DNA of 64,000 nucleotides from an uncultured Helicobacter sp. (GTDB lineage Bacteria; Campylobacterota; Campylobacteria; Campylobacterales; UBA6016): assembly GCA_964568395.1 (NCBI GenBank), contig CAZMPN010000001.1, positions 129,133-193,132 on the forward strand. Reading direction: 5' to 3'. Numbering within the stretch: position 1 is the stretch's first letter; every line of letters begins with the position of its first letter. The notes beneath the pieces were generated by a model. It saw nothing but the letters and a program-made list of their open reading frames with translations, was not told the origin of the DNA and did not search any database. Shown piece by piece: positions 28,220 to 36,077 of this stretch. The position numbers and the translations under genes are program-made.

Positions 28220-29617
28220 ATGTTTAAAAAGCCGATATTCGCCCTTATCGTTTCGCTAACGATTCTTAGGCTTATAACGGCGCCATTTTTCGGATACGGG
28301 GTGGACGAGGCCCACTATGTGCTATACGCCAGACATCTCGCCCTTAGCTATTTCGACCATCCGCCTCTTGTTGGCTGGGTGCACTATCTATTTTCTTTTT
28401 TGGGTGCCGGCGAGTTTTGGGCTAGAGTGCCGGCGATACTGCTCGGTGCGGCCGACAGCTATCTTGTCTACCTGCTGCTAAAAGAGAGGGGTGAGAAGGC
28501 TGCCCTTTGGGCGGTAGCCGCATTTAACGCCTCGTTGGTTATCGGCGTCCTATTGCTGACGCTAATGCCGGACTCCCTATTGATAACGCTAATGCTGTTG
28601 CTGATATTTGCCGTAAAAAGGCTGGAAGATTCGAAAACACTTACAAATTATCTGCTTTTAGGCTTGGTGTTCGGCCTTTTGGGGCTTAGCAAATATACGG
28701 CTATTTTGTTCGTCGCCGGATTTGCCGTCTATGTCATTTGGGCGAGACGGCTTGATATAGCGTTTAACGCCGGAGTAATCCCGGCTTTTTTGGTGTCGCT
28801 CCTTTTTGTCTCCCCGGTAATACTATGGAATCTAGACAACAACTTCGCAAGTTTCGCATACCAGGCTTCGCACGTAGGGGGAGGAGACGGAGGAAGCCTC
28901 AAAAACTTTTTTACTTCTCTAGGCAGGCAGTTTGGCGCGTACAATCCGGCGCTTTTTATCATGGCTTTTTACGGGCTTTACGAGGCTTTCAAAAAAGGCG
29001 AGCATAAACTTGAAATATCCATCACGCTTCCGGTGCTTTTGTTTATGCTGGCCTCGCAGTATAGGCAAGTCGCCCTGCCGCACTGGATAAGTCCGTTTTT
29101 CGCCATTTTTGTTCCGATAGGCGCTTCGTATCTATACCTGGCAAGAGAGAAGCTTGCAAGGTGGATTGTCGGCGCAAGTCTGGCTATTGCCCTAATCGTT
29201 CATGCGGAGCTTATTTTCAAAGTAGGAAAATTTGCGGATTATAAGTCGCCTTTTAGGGATATAGCCGGGTGGAGCGAGGCTTGCGACGAGGCCTCAAAGA
29301 GGCTGGAAGGGATAGATGGCGCGAATAAAGCCTTAGCCGTCACGAATTGGACGGTCGCCAGCAGGGCCATAGTCTATTCCAAAGCTCCGGTCTATCTGAT
29401 AGATGATAGAAAAGACCAGTTCGATATCTGGGAGGGCGACTCGCCGATCGGCAAAGACCTCTTGTTTATAAACCCTAAGACGTTTCATAAGGATATCAAT
29501 GCGAGCTTTGTTTGCGGCGAATACGAGAACGTCGGTTCGTATGAGGCGAGAATAGGGGGCGCCATTGTGGATACCTTCGATTTTGAGCTGTGCAGAGATT
29601 TTGGGGGTATTAGATGA
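28220..29617 (+). CDS. GT-C glycosyltransferase, family 39 (ArnT/PMT-like), paralogue 2
   Basis: 465 aa and polytopic. It carries GVDEAHYVLYARHLALSYFDHPPL, LSKYTA and WNLDNNFASFAYQ, which parallel paralogue 1 (WNASNSFESFAFQ). Confidence 0.8.
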   Translation: MFKKPIFALIVSLTILRLITAPFFGYGVDEAHYVLYARHLALSYFDHPPLVGWVHYLFSFLGAGEFWARVPAILLGAADSYLVYLLLKERGEKAALWAVAAFNASLVIGVLLLTLMPDSLLITLMLLLIFAVKRLEDSKTLTNYLLLGLVFGLLGLSKYTAILFVAGFAVYVIWARRLDIAFNAGVIPAFLVSLLFVSPVILWNLDNNFASFAYQASHVGGGDGGSLKNFFTSLGRQFGAYNPALFIMAFYGLYEAFKKGEHKLEISITLPVLLFMLASQYRQVALPHWISPFFAIFVPIGASYLYLAREKLARWIVGASLAIALIVHAELIFKVGKFADYKSPFRDIAGWSEACDEASKRLEGIDGANKALAVTNWTVASRAIVYSKAPVYLIDDRKDQFDIWEGDSPIGKDLLFINPKTFHKDINASFVCGEYENVGSYEARIGGAIVDTFDFELCRDFGGIR

Positions 29618-30216
29618 AGCTTTTTTGGTCCGTTTTTTCGTTTATAGCCGTCGCCTTTTTTTGCGTCTTTAGCTACCACTCTTTGGATATGGCCGTCGCG
29701 GAGTATTTTTATACAAACAGGCCCTTGGAGCAGTTTTTCGAGACGGTGACGAGATTTGGCGAATCAAAATGGTATCTTCTGGGATTTGGCGGTTTGGCTA
29801 TCGTTTTTAGGTATATTTTTCGCCTAAAAAGCGTCTCAAATCGTTTTTTGTATCTATTTTTGGCCGTCGCCGGAAGCGGGCTAATCGTAGATATACTAAA
29901 ATTTGTTTTTGGAAGAGCCAGGCCTAAGCTATATTTTGAACAGCAGATATACGGTATAAAATTTTTCGGCGGCGAATATCTATACTATTCGTTTCCGTCC
30001 GGGCACTGCGCCACAGTTTCATCGCTCGGCGTCGGGGCTTTGCTGTTTTTTGGCAAAAAATCGTTGCCTATTTTGGTTTTCTGCGCGCTCGTGGTGCTCA
30101 GTCGTATAGCGATAACGGCGCACTATCTATCGGATATAGTGGCGGGGGTGTATGTCGGGGTATTGTTTTCGGTTTGGCTGGCGCATAAGATGAGAGAAAA
30201 AGGTATAAATTTTTGA
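29614..30216 (+). CDS. PAP2-family membrane phosphatase (LpxE/LpxF/PgpB-like)
   Basis: 200 aa with all three PAP2 motifs: KFVFGRARP, PSGH and SRIAITAHYLSD. There are 4-nt overlaps on both sides. Confidence 0.85.
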   Translation: MKLFWSVFSFIAVAFFCVFSYHSLDMAVAEYFYTNRPLEQFFETVTRFGESKWYLLGFGGLAIVFRYIFRLKSVSNRFLYLFLAVAGSGLIVDILKFVFGRARPKLYFEQQIYGIKFFGGEYLYYSFPSGHCATVSSLGVGALLFFGKKSLPILVFCALVVLSRIAITAHYLSDIVAGVYVGVLFSVWLAHKMREKGINF

Positions 30217-30890
30217 AAACGCCAAGGCATATAGCGATTATTATGGACGGTAACGGCAGATGGGCCAAGGAGCGGGGCAAGGCGAGAAGCAAAGGCCACG
30301 AAGAGGGCGCCAAAAACGTAAGAGCGATAACCGAATCGGCCATAAAAGCCGGAGTGAAATACCTTACGTTATATGCTTTCAGCACCGAGAACTGGGCTAG
30401 ACCGAAGACGGAAGTGGAATTTTTGATGAAGCTGCTGGAGCGCTATCTTGACAAGGAAGCTGAGAGCTACAGAAAAAACGGTATAAGATTCGAGGTAATA
30501 GGCGACATCTCTAGGTTTTCGGATTCACTCGTAAAAAAGATAGAGTCCATCAGGGTCGAGACCGCGAAAAACAAGAAGCTGACGCAGGTGCTTGCTATAA
30601 ACTACGGCGCCAAAGACGAGATAGTGCGAGCGGTAAAAAAAATGCAAAGCTCATCTTTGGAGATAGACGAACAAAATCTGAGCGCGTCTTTGGATACGGC
30701 GTTTATGCCCGACGTAGATATGCTTGTCCGTACCGGCGGAGATATGAGGCTCTCAAACTTCATGTTGTGGCAGTCGGCGTATGCGGAGCTGTTTTTTACA
30801 AAAACGCTCTGGCCTGATTTCGGCGAGGAAGAGCTGTTTTCGATGATCGAAGAGTTTAAAACAAGAGAGAGGAGGTTTGGAAAAGTATGA
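30213..30890 (+). CDS. uppS: undecaprenyl-diphosphate synthase (di-trans,poly-cis)
   Basis: 225 aa with a TTG start, plus HIAIIMDGNGRWA, LYAFSTENW and VRTGGDMRLSNFMLWQ. Confidence 0.95.
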   Translation: MKTPRHIAIIMDGNGRWAKERGKARSKGHEEGAKNVRAITESAIKAGVKYLTLYAFSTENWARPKTEVEFLMKLLERYLDKEAESYRKNGIRFEVIGDISRFSDSLVKKIESIRVETAKNKKLTQVLAINYGAKDEIVRAVKKMQSSSLEIDEQNLSASLDTAFMPDVDMLVRTGGDMRLSNFMLWQSAYAELFFTKTLWPDFGEEELFSMIEEFKTRERRFGKV

Positions 30891-31639
30891 TAGTCTTTGC
30901 GCTTTTTCTAGGCCTCGTATTCGGCTCTTTTTTGAACGTCCTCATAGTTAGAATACCGAAAGAACAGAGTATCGCAAGGCCTGCTTCGCACTGCCCGGTT
31001 TGTAAAAACCATATCAAGTGGTACCACAACATACCGCTGTTCTCATATCTATTTTTAAAGGGCAGATGCGCCTATTGCGGCTCAAGGATACCCGCGGTAT
31101 ATCTGATTGTAGAGCTTCTAAGCGGGTTAATATTCGCCCTTATATTTATGAAATCGCCGAACATCTTCTATGCGGTTTGCGTCTCTGTGTCGTTTACGCT
31201 TTTGCTGGCGCTCTCCATAATAGATATAAGATACAAAGAGGTTCCGGACTCAATAAACCTATCGGCGTTTTTTGCCGGACTCTCGGCCGCGCTTTTTTAC
31301 GCCCCGATGCCGACGTTTATCAACTTCATAAACCTTCTGGAGTACGGCAAATCGGCTTTTTTGCTTGCCGGGTTCTTCGTGATGCTTAGATTTGTCCTCT
31401 CATATGCGCTCAAAAAAGAGAGCCTGGGCGAAGCCGATATCATAGTCGCCGCGACGCTAGGCGCGTTGCTTGGCAGCCTTAACGGCTTTTTGGCGATATT
31501 CGTAGGGGCGCTTTTGTCTTTGGTTCCGGCTTTGATATATAGAAAAAAAGGGGTAAACGAAGTCGCGTTCGTGCCTTTTTTGTCTATCGGCGGCTTCTTG
31601 GTTTTCGTATTCAAAGAACATCTCTGGTTTATGGGATAA
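30887..31639 (+). CDS. prepilin-type signal peptidase (A24 family)
   Basis: 250 aa with an N-terminal Cys pair region CPVCKNHI...CAYCG. It is polytopic, with Asp-containing loops (DIRYKEVPD, GEADII). Confidence 0.78.
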   Translation: MIVFALFLGLVFGSFLNVLIVRIPKEQSIARPASHCPVCKNHIKWYHNIPLFSYLFLKGRCAYCGSRIPAVYLIVELLSGLIFALIFMKSPNIFYAVCVSVSFTLLLALSIIDIRYKEVPDSINLSAFFAGLSAALFYAPMPTFINFINLLEYGKSAFLLAGFFVMLRFVLSYALKKESLGEADIIVAATLGALLGSLNGFLAIFVGALLSLVPALIYRKKGVNEVAFVPFLSIGGFLVFVFKEHLWFMG

Positions 31640-31642
31640 GAT

Positions 31643-32698
31643 GTGAAAAGGGTCGAATCGTACATAGTTGACAACTTCTTGTCGTTTTTTTGGTCGTTTT
31701 TCCTGACGCTTTTTTCGCTCTCGTCGCTTGTCCTTATCATAAGATTGGCCGATCTTACCGGCGTTGCCAATATAGATTTGGCGGATTTTGCCACCCTGTA
31801 TCTATTCGGAGTGCCGCAACTGCTTTTCTACACGCTTCCTATAGCGTTTTTCCTGTCGATGGGACTCTCCCTTTCAAAGCTATCGTTCGATAGGGAGCTT
31901 GTGGCGCTCTTCGCTTTGGGCTTGGACGCAAAACGGCTTCTTGCCCCGATAGTGAAAATAGCAGTTATGTTCAGCGCAGCGCTTCTTGTCGTGGGATACT
32001 TCCTAAACCCGTATAGCACAGCCGTCGCAAAAAATTTCATCGAAAATAAAAAAGGGGCTTCGACTCTTAACGTAAAAGCTAGCGAAGCCGGCCAGAAGTT
32101 CGGCGATTGGCTTGTTTTCGTCTCTGGCGAGGAAGGGGGCGGCTTTAGCGATACGGTGCTATTTTCGACATCCTCCAAAACATCGCTAATAGAAGAGGCA
32201 AAGTCCGACAGAAACTCCACTACGATGATTTTGGCGAAAAACGCGAAGATATTTAACGAAAACGGCATTCCTTCTTTGTTGCTACAAAACGGCAAAGGGT
32301 ACAAGATAGAGGATCTAAACTCCTCAAAACTCCTTTATTTTAAAGAGATGAAGATAATGGCCGAGCCGAAAAACGGAGAGTTCGAGGCTGCGGATTTTGT
32401 CGCCTACTGGATGCAGGCGGCGAACGATAAGAAACGGGCGAAGGATTTCAGCGACGTGTTTTTGACCTCCATGTTTCCGATCTTGTCTTTGTTTTTTATC
32501 CCGGCGATAGGCATAGTAAACCCTAGATACCAAAAAAATAGGGCGCCGATCTATTTTATAGGGGCGATAGCCCTTTTTTACACGCTGATGCTCTCTATAA
32601 ATCCATCTCTTACCTACTATGGGATAATAGTCATTGCTCCGGCTTGGTTCTTTGCCGGGCTTATGCTCTACAAAAAGAGCGGTGCGGCCAGGTTTTAG
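31643..32698 (+). CDS. LptF/LptG-family (YjgP/YjgQ) LPS export permease
   Basis: 351 aa with a GTG start. It has three N-terminal TM helices, a central soluble beta-rich domain and three C-terminal TM helices, which is the typical LptF/G topology. Confidence 0.7.
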   Translation: MKRVESYIVDNFLSFFWSFFLTLFSLSSLVLIIRLADLTGVANIDLADFATLYLFGVPQLLFYTLPIAFFLSMGLSLSKLSFDRELVALFALGLDAKRLLAPIVKIAVMFSAALLVVGYFLNPYSTAVAKNFIENKKGASTLNVKASEAGQKFGDWLVFVSGEEGGGFSDTVLFSTSSKTSLIEEAKSDRNSTTMILAKNAKIFNENGIPSLLLQNGKGYKIEDLNSSKLLYFKEMKIMAEPKNGEFEAADFVAYWMQAANDKKRAKDFSDVFLTSMFPILSLFFIPAIGIVNPRYQKNRAPIYFIGAIALFYTLMLSINPSLTYYGIIVIAPAWFFAGLMLYKKSGAARF

Positions 32699-32701
32699 CG
32701 C

Positions 32702-33463
32702 TTGAGAGTGCTAGCTATAGTCTCCTATGACGGCAGCCGGTTTTACGGCTCCCAGATACAAAATAGCGGGCGCTCTACGATTATGGGCGAGTTTGCAAAA
32801 GCCCTTTCGTCGGTCGGCATCTTTGCCGCGCCGATAGCTTCCGGGCGCACAGATACCGGGGTGCACGCCTTGCGTCAACCTATAGCGTTCGACCTTCCGC
32901 CTTTTTGGGAAGAGCAGGTCGGAAACGGCGCCTCATCCTTCTTGCTCTCGCACCTAAACCGTAAACTCTCCCCATATATACGAATAAACAAGCTATATAA
33001 AGTATGCGACGATTTCAATCCGAGATTTGACGCGCTTAGGCGTTCGTATAGGTATATCGTCGCTACGAAGCCGTCCGTGTTTTGTTCGGACTATGCCGCT
33101 TTTGTTCCTCATATCGACGAGGAAGCCGTGCAAGAAGCGATAGGTGCGTTCGAGGGCGTGCACGATTTTAGGTTTTTCAAAAAAAACGGAAGCGAAACGG
33201 AAAACGACATAAGGGAGATATATAAAGCCCGCTTCTACAAAAAAAACGGCCTATATGTGTTTAATTTCGAGGCCAACGGATTTTTAAGAAGCCAGATACG
33301 TCTTAGCGTCGGTTTTTTGCTTGCGCTATCCGAGGGTAGACATACCAAAGAGGAGCTTTTGGAGCAGTTGGACGCCAAAAAAAGACACTTCAGCAAGCCA
33401 GCACCGCCAAATGGGCTATATCTGAGTCGCGTCGCGTACGGTAAGCCTTTTTTGCCTCTATAG
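32702..33463 (+). CDS. truA: tRNA pseudouridine(38-40) synthase
   Basis: 253 aa with a TTG start, plus SYDGSRFYGSQ and the catalytic GRTDTGVHA. Confidence 0.92.
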   Translation: MRVLAIVSYDGSRFYGSQIQNSGRSTIMGEFAKALSSVGIFAAPIASGRTDTGVHALRQPIAFDLPPFWEEQVGNGASSFLLSHLNRKLSPYIRINKLYKVCDDFNPRFDALRRSYRYIVATKPSVFCSDYAAFVPHIDEEAVQEAIGAFEGVHDFRFFKKNGSETENDIREIYKARFYKKNGLYVFNFEANGFLRSQIRLSVGFLLALSEGRHTKEELLEQLDAKKRHFSKPAPPNGLYLSRVAYGKPFLPL

Positions 33464-33820
33464 TACAAATTCCCCCATCAATACCGCACTCCATATCAAA
33501 AACGCAAACACTACCGACACCAAAACCACGGCCGCCGCGGCATCCTTGGCCTTTTTCGCCCTTTCGTCGAATTCCAAGGTTACGAGGTCTACGGTGCGTT
33601 CTATCGCGCTGTTGATCATCTCGGCTATAATGATTGGAAACATGGAGAAAAACAGCAGCGCCTTCGAGACGGTGGATATGTCGAGAAGCGCTATAAGGGC
33701 TGTGGCGCCTATGAACAAAGCGATCTCTATCTGCAGCGCCGTTTCGTTTTTTAGCACCTCCAAAAATCCGTCTATTCCGTGGCTCGTATTTTTGATGATA
33801 TTAAATCTTTTTCGCCTCAT
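33458..33820 (-). CDS. dgkA: diacylglycerol kinase (small integral membrane DgkA family)
   Basis: 120 aa with three TM helices and the conserved EMINSAIE motif. Confidence 0.85.
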   Translation of the reverse strand: MRRKRFNIIKNTSHGIDGFLEVLKNETALQIEIALFIGATALIALLDISTVSKALLFFSMFPIIIAEMINSAIERTVDLVTLEFDERAKKAKDAAAAVVLVSVVFAFLIWSAVLMGEFVL

Positions 33821-33870
33821 AAGCCCCTCCGTCTGCCGACTATTTTATCTCTTTATACTATAATTTGACG

Positions 33871-34761
33871 ATGTTTGAGGGTGTTTTTTTAATTTTTTGT
33901 TTTTTGCTTATCGGTTTTGCCATGAAGGCGGCAAAGAGGGATTATTCCGACGTTTTAATACAGTTTTGTGTCACGGTAGCCTTTCCGGCTCTCATTATAG
34001 AGAAGCTCTACTATCTCAAAATAGAACCGGAAAGCTTCATGGTTGCGTTTATCGCCGTCTGCTCGATATTTATAGGTTTTTTGTTTGGGTTTTTGCTCTC
34101 CCTTGCGCTTAGATTCGATAGGCCGACAAGCGCCGTAGCGATAATGGCGTGCGGTCTTGGCAATACCTCTTTCGTTGGTTTCCCTTTTATCGAGGCGCTA
34201 TATGGAAGCGACGCGATATCGTACGGCCTTTTCTTCGACCAGTTCGGCAGCTTCCTGCTTCTGACGATTTTTGGCTCTATGATTGCCGCATGGGGACAGG
34301 GCAGGGACAGCAGTCTTAAAAAGCTTGTCAAAAGCGTTTTCACGTTCCCGCCGTTCTTGGCTATTTTGGCCGCATTCGCGATGAAGCCGTTCGTGTTGCC
34401 TGGCGTATTTCTGGCTGGATGCGAGAAGCTGGCGGTAGTGCTGTTGCCGCTTGTTACTATCGCCGTCGGGATGAAGATAGATCTTAGGCATATAGGAAGC
34501 AGCATCCAAAATACGGGCGCTATTTTGCTGCTTAAGATGGTCGCTTTGCCGCTTGTAGTCCTCTCGGCTTTGAGGCTTGGCGCCGTAGAGATTAATACGG
34601 CCATGAAGGTTGCCGTAATCGAGTCGGCGATGCCTCCTATGGTGATGGTGGCCGTATTCGCGATGAGATATTCGCTCAACGAAAAGCTGGCCGTTTCCGC
34701 GGTAGCGCTAGGCGTGTTCGCGTCGTTCGCGGTAATTCCTGTATTTTATTATTTGGCATAA
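33871..34761 (+). CDS. AEC (auxin efflux carrier) family transporter
   Basis: About 296 aa from the ATG at 33871. It has approx 10 TM helices and a two-fold repeat topology typical of the AEC family. Confidence 0.75.
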   Translation: MFEGVFLIFCFLLIGFAMKAAKRDYSDVLIQFCVTVAFPALIIEKLYYLKIEPESFMVAFIAVCSIFIGFLFGFLLSLALRFDRPTSAVAIMACGLGNTSFVGFPFIEALYGSDAISYGLFFDQFGSFLLLTIFGSMIAAWGQGRDSSLKKLVKSVFTFPPFLAILAAFAMKPFVLPGVFLAGCEKLAVVLLPLVTIAVGMKIDLRHIGSSIQNTGAILLLKMVALPLVVLSALRLGAVEINTAMKVAVIESAMPPMVMVAVFAMRYSLNEKLAVSAVALGVFASFAVIPVFYYLA

Positions 34762-34770
34762 GGGGTCTTG

Positions 34771-35535
34771 ATGGGTATATTTGAAGCGATAATGCTAGGA
34801 ATCGTAGAGGGGCTCACGGAGTTTCTCCCGATATCGTCGACGGGGCACCTGATACTGGCGTCCAAGCTGCTAGGCATAGAGCAGACCGACATACATAAAA
34901 GCTTTGAGGTCGTGATACAGATGGGGTCTATTCTGGCTGTCATAGTCATATATTTCGAGAAGCTGATAAAAAATCTCAACCTGGCAAAAAAACTGGCCGT
35001 CGCCTTCCTGCCGACCGGGATACTGGGATTTTTGCTATATAAGCATATAAAGGCGCTTTTTGCTCCGGAAACGGTGGCGTTTATGCTGATAGCCGGGGGT
35101 ATATTTTTCATAGCGTTGGAATTTTTCTACAAGGAAAAAGAGCACCATGTGCACAAAGTGGAGGAGATAAGCTACAAACAGGCGCTTCTCATAGGGTTTG
35201 CCCAGTCTTTCGCGATGGTGCCCGGTACGAGCCGTTCGGGGGCCACGATAATAGGCGGGCTTCTGGCCGGTCTAAACAGAAGATGCGCCGTCGAGTTCTC
35301 GTTTTTGCTCGCCGTCCCTACGATGATCATAGCCTCCGCCTACGATATGCTAAAAAACTTTTCGCACTTTGACGGAAGCGATAGCGCCAATTTGGCCGCA
35401 GGTTTTGTCGCCGCTTTTATCGTCGGGATGATAGCCATAAAGTGGTTTTTGAGGTTCGTCTCAAAATTTAGTTTCGTGCCGTTTGGTATATACAGGATTG
35501 TGCTCGGCGTACTGTTTTTATATATTCTTTTTTGA
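34771..35535 (+). CDS. uppP: undecaprenyl-diphosphate phosphatase
   Basis: I placed the start at the ATG at 34771, after an AAGGGG RBS. It has GLTEFLPISSTGH and PGTSRSGATI motifs. Confidence 0.93.
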   Translation: MGIFEAIMLGIVEGLTEFLPISSTGHLILASKLLGIEQTDIHKSFEVVIQMGSILAVIVIYFEKLIKNLNLAKKLAVAFLPTGILGFLLYKHIKALFAPETVAFMLIAGGIFFIALEFFYKEKEHHVHKVEEISYKQALLIGFAQSFAMVPGTSRSGATIIGGLLAGLNRRCAVEFSFLLAVPTMIIASAYDMLKNFSHFDGSDSANLAAGFVAAFIVGMIAIKWFLRFVSKFSFVPFGIYRIVLGVLFLYILF

Positions 35536-35582
35536 TTTTTTTGATTACAATATAGGCATAGCTAAAAAAGGTTTCTAGGGTA

Positions 35583-36014
35583 ATGGCTGAAAACGAAAAC
35601 CAAAAAGAGATAGGCCTCGAAGAAGAGCAAAATATCGTCAGGAGCATCGTGCGCTCCTGTATATATATCTGCATGCACTACAAAGAGGCAAAAAAGATAT
35701 TCGACCTAGTAAATATGGGCTCTTTGTGTTCGGGTAGAGTTTGTATAGGCGATATATCAGAATCCCCAATAGGATTCGTGATTGAAGCTGTAGGCACGAA
35801 AAGCTATATCTATTACAACTCAAAACTCTTAAAAGTAAAGTATGTTGCCGAAAATCATGAGATACTAAGATCTATCGCCGAAGATGTAGACTCGATGCAG
35901 TTTAGGCTGGACGAGAGGCTAAGAGAGGTTATGAAAGATATGACCGAAGAGATAAAAGAGCTGATTATGAAGAAAATTGATGCAGATATTGCGATGATGA
36001 ATAGGAGTTTATAA
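35583..36014 (+). CDS. hypothetical protein
   Basis: 143 aa with lower GC than the flanks. It has an acidic N-terminus and a C-terminal helical region. I recognise no motif. Confidence 0.45.
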   Translation: MAENENQKEIGLEEEQNIVRSIVRSCIYICMHYKEAKKIFDLVNMGSLCSGRVCIGDISESPIGFVIEAVGTKSYIYYNSKLLKVKYVAENHEILRSIAEDVDSMQFRLDERLREVMKDMTEEIKELIMKKIDADIAMMNRSL

Positions 36015-36077
36015 TAAAGATATAAGAATTACTTTATAAGAATATATATTTATTATATTTTAAACAAGCGATATATT

